The position numbers and the translations under genes are program-made. From the NCBI RefSeq assembly GCF_021869535.1, contig NW_026262723.1, positions 83,514,001 to 83,578,000 of the forward strand: DNA of 64,000 bases, read 5' to 3'. The notes under the pieces were generated by a model that had not been told where the DNA came from, searched no databases, and saw only the letters and a program-made list of their open reading frames with translations. Origin of the DNA: Mytilus californianus (Eukaryota). Below, in pieces: positions 48,701 through 60,700 of the stretch; the stretch's first letter is position 1, and every line of letters starts with the position of its first letter.

Positions 48701-51700
48701 TTTGTTTAATGTATTAAGCAGACAAAAAAAATAGATATAAATCAGTCTGGTCAGACAACTACAGAGGGAATTTTTCAAGTAAAAGTATAACATTAATCAT
48801 TTGTTTTAATATGTTATTTTACTAGTTATAAAATTAACAGAACAGGATTTTTATTGTTTTCTTTTGACAGCTGTTACACTTTTCACTAAGAAATTTTACT
48901 ACAAATAATTGTTAGTTTTATTGAATTATGCATGACTTAAATGTATATTTTTCTTGTCACTTTTTTGGTGAAAATGGCTAATGGTATTTTGCAGCTCAGA
49001 TGAAATCAGGAACATCTCACAAGATGCAAGGACAAAACTCGGAATAGTCATTAGAGACGATGGAGAATTCTGGTAATTCTTGAAAAATATTCTACTCACA
49101 AAGATGTTTGCTTTTTTTCACAAAATAATGTATCTTAAACTTTTATATCACAACCCCCTCAATCAACTTTAGCTCATTCCTTGTTTGGATTTCAGTTGAT
49201 CTACAAAAATAAGGTTGTCATTAAAATTCAAAATTTGTAATCAAGTTAAAATTTTATGAAATATCTATCGTTACTACATTCATAACTCGCAAACACACAT
49301 GATTCAAACATTACCATAACCAAGATCATTCATGTGTGCATGCTTCAGTTTATCAGCGGGTACTAAACACCCGCACTGAAATTAAAGCATGGGGTGGTGG
49401 TGGGAAAGTTGACTGGTTAGTATAAATATTTCATAAAATTTTAACTTGATTACAAATTTTTAAATTTTATTTCAATTATTTATACCTACCAGTCAGAATC
49501 AGAATCAGTCAGAGTCCAATTGCTCTAGTTTAGATATGCCTTGATATTTTTCAATGAAGAATCAGGATAAGCTTATTTAATCACTTGAACGATCCATTTA
49601 GAAATAGTTTGTGACGTTACAGCCTTATGCAGTTCACATATAGAAAGAAACAGTTTTCCCTGCTGGTCTTTAATATCTTAAATACTTCTAAATTTCTTGG
49701 TTCTTTCCAAAAATTGTCACAGACATATGAAAGAATCTAACTTCTTATTGTCTGTGAATGCAGGAACAACAATTTTTGAATTTATATGATTTTGTCGATC
49801 CTGCTTCGCCAAACCACATCTAATAAATGTAATGCCTTTTTGTTGTATCCTTATAAAGGAATGGTTCACTCTGAGAGACTGAAAATCGCCACATCTCCTG
49901 AAATAGAGATTAGAAAGACAGTTTTAAATGTCAATTGCTTCAAATCAATATTTTCAATAGGTTCAAAAGGTTCTTTCTGCAATAAGCTTAAAACCAACTG
50001 CAAATCCTATTTAGGTAATAATTTTGTGGTAGGCGGTCTAGAATTAAAAACCCCTTTTATAAGTCTTAATGTAATATATGGATGTTGACCTACTACAGTA
50101 TTATCAACTTGAGGTAAAACATTGGAGAGCATAGACCTGTACCCTGCAATAGTCCTGTATTGCAATCCATTTTCAAACAGATGGGCTAAAAAATCTGCTA
50201 CCTGATTTAAAGATGCATTATGGGGATTTCCCTTGTACTACACCATGCAGCTACAGTACTTCTTGAATTTTGCACTATAGTCTTTCTGAGTACCTTTCCT
50301 CCATGAAGCTGAAAGTAAATTTCTAGCTTCTTTTTAAAAGCCTTCTGCTTGGAAAGGTCTGTCGATAGAAGCCAAGCAGGCAGACTGAATACCCCCAGGT
50401 CTGGATGAAAAATTTGAGACCTTGTTGAAGTTATTCCCGATACTTAAGTGTCTCCTTGGCCACAAAGGAGCTATAGGGAGAATCTGACACTGGAACTGCC
50501 TCATATATTGCAATATCTTGGGTATCAGGAAATTTGGGGATATGAGTAGGCATACATTTTCTCCGAAGATATTGTCAGGACATCCAAGGTAAAAGCTTGA
50601 GGATGTGGAATCCATGAGCAAAAAACTTTCATCTGACAGTTGTCTGCCAAGGCAAATAAATACATCAGAGGTTGGTCCCACATGAAAAAAAATTCTCTAC
50701 AATTTGAGTGTTCAGTGACCACTCTGTATGAAGAATTTTGTTCCTGCTCAGGTGATCTGCAATTATGTTTTTCTTTCCCATTATATGAGCTACTTTCAGG
50801 GTTATATTGGATTGAATTTCTTAAGTCCAAAGTTCCCAGGTTTTGTAACTCAACTGAGGTGATTTGGTCCCCCTTGTTTGTTGATGTACTGGACCACAGT
50901 TGTGTTGTCTGATCTAATCAGTACCGATTTCCCTATCATATATTTTAGAAAATATTTGATTGTAAGCACTACTGCTTCCAATTCCAAGTAATTTATGTGT
51001 TTCTTGCTTTTAGAAACAGACCATTCCCGCTGAAAAGTTTTCTTGTCCATTACACCCCATATCCTGTTTTTGAAGCATCTGTAGTTATGGTTATACAAGT
51101 CTGTTGAGGTTGCAAAGAGAGGCTTTCGGCATGTTCTCTGAATTTAGCCACCAAATCAGATGAGATTTGAGATGTTGCATAACTGGGACTTGTGTTTTGA
51201 ACTCTTGACATGCTGGTCTCCAAAAAGAGAGAAGATGGAGTTGAATTGGTCTCATGTACAAACGAGCATTTGGAATTAGTTCTATACATGTGGCCATTAT
51301 CCCCAAAAGATGAAGAAAATCTTAAGCTGTTATAGTACTTGGATTTCTTTCACTATTTTTTTGAGAGTCTAGATTCAACTTGTCTATTCGTTCCTGTGTT
51401 TGGAATATTAACCCTTTTTCTAGGTCGTAAAGCACCCCTAAATAAATCAATTTCTGACTGGGAACCAGTTTGGACTTTTCTTTGTTCACTATGAACACTA
51501 GTGATACCAAGACATTCTGCTCGATCTAGGCATAGATGTGCTTTTTGTTGGTTTATTATAAACCAATCGTCCAGATATACTACTAATCTTATATTTGTCG
51601 TTCTCAAGTAGGCTGCCACTACGGACACTATTTTTGTAAAGACTCGTGGGGCAGATGTTGGACCGAAGCACAGAGCTTTGAATTGAAATGCTTGATTTTG

Positions 51701-54700
51701 AAGGTAAAATCTTAGAAACTGGCTATGACTTGAAAATATTGGGACACGTAAATACGCATTACTTAGGTTGAGCGTTATGGCCCAATCTCCTGGTTTTACT
51801 ATAATCAACACTTTGCTCAGTGAATCCATCTTGAAATGTTTTTTCTGAAGATACCCGTTGAGAGGTCTCAGATTTATGACTGGTCTCATCTTCCCATTTT
51901 TTTGGGGGACCAGAAAAAATGTGCTGTAAAAACCTGATTGAATTTGTTCTCTCTGAACCTGTTCTATTGCATTTTTTTCTATTAAAATATTGACCTCTTG
52001 TAAGTAAAATGTCCATATTTTTTTGAGATACTATTTTGTTTTATTCCCTGCATATTGGTTTCTTTATGAACTCTAATTTGTAACCTTTTTCTGTTACAGA
52101 CAAAACGCATTGGTCGTTTGTTATCTTTTTTCCAATTTTCTAGAAAAAATCTGAGATGACCCCTTACTGGTATCTTGTCTTGATTTTGAAATAAAATTAC
52201 CTGTATCTCTGAGTCAGCTGGTTGTTTCTTGGGGATACGAAAAGAACCCCAGGAACCTGTACCACTGTTTGATGTCTTGGAATCTTTGTTTTTCTTGTCT
52301 TTATTTCCAAAGCCACCTCTCTGTAAAGACTTATTAGAGGAATTTATAGTAGACTGTCTATTTATAGACAGTTTCTTATAATTATTGAAATTATTATAAG
52401 TAGAAGTTCCTGCAAACTTTGATTGTTTATTTGACCAACAATCATGACTTTCATAGTCCAACTTTCTTTTGTTGCCTTTGTGATATTTCGGGTAACAAAT
52501 CTTCCAATTGTTCCCTTTGCTCTTTTCTTTTCTCAAGTTGTTTTTCAAGACCTTGTCCAAAAACACCATCTTCAGAAAGTGGTAGATTCCTTTAATAGCT
52601 TGCATATCATTTAAATTATTTATGCCTGCATCTGTTGAAGCACATTTCCTTCGAATCATATGATGAAAAGCTCCAGCTCTACCTATCTGGTCAAGAGATT
52701 TGGTTGACATAGCAAATGAATCTTTCACTAATTGACAATTTTCTTCACTAGCATTGTAATTTTCTAAATTACCCAAAAAAGTGCCCAAGGCTTGTTGCAT
52801 ATAAGAAATAGAAATAATTCCCATTCTGGAAGCTACCTGTCCAGAATAGGCTAGCTTCTCAATTTGTTTCAAAGGTTGAGAAAATAACTCTGATTTCATG
52901 GATTTGCCAAAGTCTGCAAACAAGCCTATATAAAATGTGTACTTTGTTAAACATTTGAATTTGTGGTTTACCTATACCTATGAAATCCAGATAAATTGGT
53001 ATCCCTCGAATAATAGTAAATCCACAGTAGTTTGATAATTCAAAACAGGGTAAGTGATACATGGTATGTGATACAATACAGGCATATGTGCAGGTTATGT
53101 GACATAGGTTTCAATGTACATGTAACAACTATGTCAGATATCCAACAGATAAACAATACCTCATTGCAGAGCTAAAAACCATACCTGACCACTATAATAC
53201 AATCAGATGATTTTTTTTCTTGCACTATTTCAAACATTAGAAAGACAAGAAAAGAATATATGAAACAACTGAAGAAGCAAGATGATACCATACTTGACCA
53301 AAGTTTTTTTTTTATCACACTACTGTTTTAAATTTCTGTAGAGCACTCATGGAATAACTGTTTATTTGTGTTGAAGTATTGTGTGATAGCACTCATGGCA
53401 CAAATGTTTATTTGACTGTGATTGAATATTGTGTGGTATCACTCATGGCATAACTGTTTATTTGACTGTGATTGAGTGTTGTGTTGTAGCACTCATGGCA
53501 CAACTGTTTATTTGACTGTGATTGAGTATTGTGTGGTAGCACTCATGGCATAACTGTTTATTTGACTGTGATTGAGTGTTGTGTTGTAGCACTCATGGCA
53601 CAACTGTGTATTTGACTGTGATTGAGTACTGTGTTGTAGCACTCATGTCACAACTGTTAATTTGACTGTGATTGAGTGTTGTGTGGTAGCACTCAATCAT
53701 GGCACAACTGTTTATTTGTGTTGAAGTATTGTGTGGTAGCACTCATGGCATAACTGTGTATTTGACTGTGATTGAGTGTTGTGTGGTAGCACTCATGGCA
53801 CAACTGTTTATTTGACTGTGATTGAGTATTGTGTGGTAGCACTCATGGCACAACTGTGTATTTGACTATGATTGAGTATTGTGTGGTAGAACTCATGGCA
53901 CAACTATTTATTTGACTGTGATTGAGTATTGTGTGGTAGCACTCATGGCACACCTGTTAATTTGACTGTGATTGAGTATTGTGTGGTAGCACTCATGGCA
54001 CAACTGTGTATTTGACTATGATTGAGTATTGTGTGGAAGAACTCATGGCACAACTGTTTATTTGACTGTGATTGAGTATTGTGTGGTAGCACTCATGGCA
54101 CAACTGTGTATTTGACTATGATTGAGTATTGTGTGGTAGAACTCATGGCACAACAGTTAATTTCACTGTGATTGAGTGATGTGTGGTAGCACTCATGGCA
54201 CAACTGTTTATTTGACTGTGATTGAGTGTTGTGTGGTAGCACTCATGGCACAACTGTGTATTTGACTATGATTGAGTATTGTGTGGTAGCACTCATGGTA
54301 CAACTGTTAATTTGACTGTGATTGAGTATTGTGTGGTAGCACTCATGGCACAACTGTTAATTTGACTGTGATTGAGTGTTGTGTGGTAGCACTCATGGCA
54401 CAACTGTTTATTTGACTGTGATTGGGTATTGTATGGTAGCACTCATGGCACAACTGTGTATTTGACTGTGATTGAGTATTGTGTGGTAGAACTCATGGCA
54501 CAACTGTTAATTTGACTGTGATTGAGTGTTGTGTGGTAGCACTCATTGCACAACCGTTAATTTGACTGTGATTGAGTGTTGTGTGGTAGTACTCATGGCA
54601 CAACTGTTAATTTGACTGTGATTGAGTGTTGTGTGGTAGCACTCAATCATGGCACAACTGTTTATTTGACTGTGATTGAGTATTGTGTGGTAGCACTCAT

Positions 54701-57700
54701 GGCACAACTGTGTATTTGACTATGATTGAGTATTGTGTGGTAGAACTCATGGCACAGCTGTTTATTTGACTGTGATTGAGTATTGTGTGGTAGCACTCAT
54801 TGCACAACCGTTAATTTGACTGTGATTGAGTGTTTTGTGGTAGTACTCATGGCACAACTGTTAATTTGACTGTGATTGAGTGTTGTGTGGTAGCACTCAA
54901 TCATGGCACAACTGTTTATTTGTGTTTAAGTATTGTGTGGTAGCATTCATGGCATAACTGTGTATTTGACTGTGATTGAGTGTTGTGTGGTAGAACTCAT
55001 GGCACAACTGTTTATTGACTGTGATTGAGTATTGTGTGGTAGCACTCATGGCACAACCGTTAATTTGACTGTGATTGAGTGTTGTGTGGTAGCACTCATG
55101 GCACAACTGATTGAGTATTGTGTGGTAGCACTCATGGCACAACTGATTAAGTATTGTGTGTTAGCACTCATGGGACAACTGTGTATTTGACTATGATTGA
55201 GTATTGTGTGGTAGAACTCATGACACAACTGTTAATTTGACTGTGATTGAGTGTTGTGTGGTAGCACTCATGGCACAACTGTGTATTTGACTATGATTGA
55301 ATATTGTGTTGTAGAACTCCTGGCACAACTGTTTATTTGACTGTGATTGAGTATTGTGTGGTAGCACTCATGGCACAACTGTTAATTTGACTGTGATTGA
55401 GTATTGTGTGGAAGCACTCATGGCACAACCGTTAATTTGACTGTGATTGAGTGTTGTGTGGTAGTACTCATGGCACAACTGTTAATTTGACTGTGATTGA
55501 GTGTTGTGTGGTAGCACTCATGGCACAACTGTTAATTTCACTGTGATTGAGTATTGTGTGGTAGCACTCATGGCACAACTGTTAATTTCACTGTGATTGA
55601 GTGATGTGTGGTAGCACTCATGGCACAACTGTTTATTTGACAGTGATTGAGTATTGTGTGGTAGCACTCCTGGTACAACTGTGTATTTGACTATGATTGA
55701 GTATTGTGTGGTAGAATTCATGTCACAACTGTTTATTTGACTGTGATTGAGTATTGTGTGGTAGCACTCATGGCACAACTGTCAATTTCACTGTGATTGA
55801 GTGATGTGTGGTAGCACTCATGGCACAACTGTTAATTTGACTGTGATTGAGTATTGTGTGGTAGCACTCATGGCACAACCGTTAATTTGACTGTGATTGA
55901 GTGTTGTGTGGTAGTACTCATGGCACAACTGTTAATTTGACTGTGATTGAGTGTTGTGTGGTAGCACTCAATCATGGCACAACTGTTTATTTGTGTTGAA
56001 GTATCGTATGGTAGCACTCATGGCATAACTGTGTATTTGACTGTGATTGAGTGTTGTGTGGTAGCACTCATGGCACAACTGTTTATTGACTGTGATTGAG
56101 TATTGTGTGGTAGCACTCATGGCACAACCGTTAATTTGACTGTGATTGAGTGTTGTGTGGTAGCACTCATGGCACAACTGTTTATTTGACTGTGATTGAG
56201 TATTGTGTTGTAGCACTCATGGCACAACTGTGTATTTGACAGTGATTGAGTATTGTGTGGTAGAACTCATGGCACAACTGTGTATTTGCCTATGATTGAG
56301 TATTTTGTGGTAGAACTCATGGCACAACTGTTTATTTGACTGTGATTGAGTATTGTGTGGTAGCACTCATGGCACAACTGTTAATTTCACTGTGATTGAG
56401 TATTGTGTGGTAGCACTCATGGCACAACTGTTTATTTGACTGTGATTGAGTACTGTGTTGTAGCACTCATGGCACAACTGTGTATTTGACTGTGATTGAG
56501 TGTTGTGTGATAAAACTCATGGCACAACTGTTAATTTGACTGTGATTGAGTGTTGTGTGGTAGCACTCATGGCACAACTGTGTATTTGACTATGATTGAG
56601 TATTGTGTTGTAGAACTCATGGCACAACTGTTAATTTGACTGTGATTGAGTATTGTGTGGTAGCACTCATGGCACAACTGTTAATTTGACTGTGATTGAG
56701 TGTTGTGTGGTGGCACTCATGGCACAACTGTGTATTTGACTATGATTGAGTATTGTGTTGTAGAACTCATGGCACAACCGTTAATTTGACTGTTATTGAG
56801 TATTGTGTGGTAGCACTCATGGCACAACTGTTAATTTGACTGTGATTGAGTATTGTGTTGTAGCACTCATGGCACAACTGTTTATTTGACTGTGATTGAG
56901 TGTTGTGTGGTAGCACTCATGGCACAACTGTTTATTTAACTGTGATTGAGTATTGTGTGGTAGCACTCATGGCACAACTGTGTATTTAACTATGATTGAG
57001 TATTGTGTGGTAGAACTCATGTCACAACTGTTAATTTGACTGTGATTGAGTGTTGTGTGGTAGCACTCATGGCACAACTGTTTATTTGACTGTGATTGAG
57101 TATTGTGTTGTAGTACTCATGGCACAACTGTTAATTTGACTGTGATTGAGTGTTGTGTGGTAGCACTCAATCATGGCACAACTGTTTATTTGTGTTGAAG
57201 TATTGTGTGGTAGCACTCATGGCATAACTGTGTATTTGACTGTGATTGAGTGTTGTGTGGTAGCACTCATGGCAGAACTGTTTATTGATTGTGATTGAGT
57301 ATTGTGTGGTAGCACTCATGGCACAACCGTTAATTTGACTGTGATTGAGTATTGTGTGGTAGCACTCATGGCTCAACTATTTATTTGACTGTGATTGAGT
57401 ATTGTGTGGTAGCACTCATGGGACAACTGTGTATTTGACTATGATTGAGTATTGTGTGGTACAACTCATGGCACAACTGTTAATTTGACTGTGATTGAGT
57501 GTTGTGTGGTAGTACTCATGGCACAACTGTGTATTTGACTGTGATTGAGTATTGTGTTGTAGAACTCATGGCACAACTGTTTATTTGACTGTGATTGAGT
57601 ATTGTGTGGTAGCACTCATGGCACAACTGTTAATTTGACTGTGATTGAGTATTGTGTTGTAGCACTCATGGCACAACTGTTTATTTGACTGTGATTGAGT

Positions 57701-60700
57701 ATTGTGTGGTAGTACTCATGGCACAACTGTTTGACTGTGATTGAGTATTGTGTGATAGCACTCATGGCACAACCGTTAATTTGACTATGATTGAGTGTTG
57801 TGTGGTAGCACTCATGGGACAACTGTTTATTTGACTGTGATTGAGTATTGTGTGGTAGCAATCATGGGACAACTGTGTATTTGACTATGATTGAGTATTG
57901 TGTGATAGAACTCATGGCACAACTGTTAATTTTTGTTTGAGTATTGTGTGATATTTTCTATGTCATTTTATTTCAACAGGATACCATTCATAGATGTATT
58001 AAGAAACTTTGATGAAATCCAATTGTGTCACTTACAGCCAGATTCATTAACATCAGAAATAGCCAATGATGAGGTATTTGTATAGAGTTTTGAAATTTAG
58101 GTTAAGGACTGATATTTATTACTAAAACAGAATTATAATACCCCTTTCTATGAAGTAGTTGAGGTTGTACAGTTTTTGAACTGTCTGTCTGTCATTCAGT
58201 AATTTCTGTCAGTATGACCTTCAGTCGGTCATTCATTTTTTCGTTTCTGGATGCTATGGTATCATATAATGAGTGAAAGATCCCTATTGAATTTGAGGTC
58301 AACACATACAAGGCCAAGGTTGTTACAAAGTTACTAAAATATACTGAAATTTGTGCAAAAACGTGGTTTCTTGGTGTAAAATCAAATAATACAGATGGGA
58401 TTGCAACCTTACTTTTATATATTGTCATATATAATATAGGTAGATCCCTATAAATCATATATAATATAGGTAGATCCCTTAAAGGTCTATTTCTAAGTTA
58501 TAAAGCATAATTGACATAATTTCTGCATAAAAGTGGTTTTCGGATGCTAAATCGAGTACTACATTTGGGATTACAAACTTGATAGGATATATATTGTCAT
58601 ATATAATGTGATTTTGACTTTGCTAATGTCTAAGGTCAAAAGGTCAATGGTGCAGAAAAGTGGTTTGAGGATGTATTATATGGGATTGATACCTTACTTG
58701 TATATGTGGTCACATATAATAAGAGAATGAATGGAAGATTCAAGTCACTTGGGCTAAGGTCAAGGTTATACTTACTAAAAATAGATTATAGTGAGACAAT
58801 ATTTCTATTTTAAATTAATATTTGGGTGAGGGGTATGTGAGCTTGCTCACTAAAGGTTCTGAAAAAGATTCAGATGTACAAATTTCTTTGTTAAATATGA
58901 TAAGTGGTATCAACTTGTCAATTATAGATGTTAACACACTGTAAGCCAAGGCCAATATATTTTTATGAAGGCCAGTGGGACCCTTAAACTTTCATTCAAT
59001 GGTCATCTTTTGGAACCACTAGAAATCAAGGAAGAGCAGAGGATATAAAAAATTGAACTTTTGCATCTGACAAATGCTGTTCAAAGGATTAAAACAAGCT
59101 AAAAAAAAGTAAAAGTACAATTTTTTGCTCCTGCTTATTGTGTAGTATTGAAATTTTAACAATAGACTTTCCAGAGATTGTTAGACCTATGGACTTATTT
59201 TACAGAGAAAACAAAATTGGGAAGTAACAGTTTACCATGATGCTTGGATAAGAGGACTTACTGCTGGAGGTTGTGGCAATCATCCATACCAAGGTAAAAA
59301 TAATAAATTATGTCAATACTGAATTCAAAAGCAACAACATATATATGTAAAGTAAATGATTAAAGTAAGGGGAGATAATCTTCTTCTGTGGACTGACTGT
59401 CAGAATTCAAACCAATTGTCCCCATTACAGTACAAGAGATTGGTTGGTATTAGACTTAAACCTTAAAAATAGAGAACATTACTGTTGCATATGTTGTATC
59501 CAACATCTTGACTTAGTAGGGGAGATAATTAACTGTTGTAGATATTTACAGTTATCCCAGCAAAGTTGAGTCAGATCTTTGGTGAGAACTTATTATGAAA
59601 GAGATTCATAATTATAATCAAAGTTCAAGGTCACTGTTTCAAAAATAGAAATTTTAAAGGTAAATTGTTTGTAGGCAAAATCTTATTTTTTACTTGCTTA
59701 ATTGAATTGAAACTTATACTGATTAAAAGGTATTAGTTTTTTAATTTTTTGGTCATTTTTTTGGTCAAAGTTTAAGATTGCTGTTACTAAAAGGTCAAAA
59801 GTCAAATTTAAAGCTACTAGAATAGACTAAAAATATAGAAATAAGAGGTGCATTACTTCTGAGTGATTACTTGCTGGATTTTAATTAAACTTGTACAAGT
59901 AATTGATAAGTAAGAAAGGGAAAACACTTGCTGATTTTGAGGTCAATTGGTCAAAGGTTACAGTCCCACTTACACAAATAGAAAGCTTTACAGGTATGAA
60001 ATTCTTGGTTTCTTGAATATATCCCAAGACAAGCTTATATTTTTCAGGAACATTTATATTGGGCATGTGACTCCAAGTCCTTGCAGGTTAACCAGGTTTA
60101 GGTGAACCCCTGACCATTTTCACTAGAAAAAATCATGAAATAGAACTATTTCTTATATTACAGTAATGTAATTGGGCATGTGACTCCCAAGTCCTTGCCG
60201 GTTAACCATGTTTAGGGGAACCCCTGCCCATTTTCACTAGAAAAATCATGAAATAGAACTTTCTTGTTTTACAGCAATGTAATTGGGTATGTGTCTCCCT
60301 CAACCTGGCTGGTGTTCCAAAAAGATTTTCTGTATATAAGGGCTTTAGAGAGAGTAATATATACTGTATATTTTTTGTTTTCTTTTAATCAATTCTGGTA
60401 TTATTGGATATGTCTGGGACCTTCCATCAATATATAGTGTAGTTTGGGGAACATAGGTGTATCATGCCAACTCTACTTGTTTTTATTGATCCTTCAGAAA
60501 AAATACTCAAAAGTTAAAAGTCTGGTGGACATTTACATTTTCAGTAGGAAAATTAAATCCTGGTAATGTTCTTCTTAAAATATTTCCACCTCTTTACTAA
60601 TATTTAAGATTTAAGTTTTGTCACACAAGGATTAAGGATGTCTTATTTGATTATGTTAATTTTGAAATGTTCATGCACAAATTAGTGCCATTATTCACCT

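Noticed and set aside
53345-57950. Satellite, and the other 49-55-bp arrays, as CRISPR arrays or repetitive protein genes
   Set aside because: No unique spacers and no cas genes in a eukaryotic context; the Cys/His-rich ORFs are short translations of the repeat.
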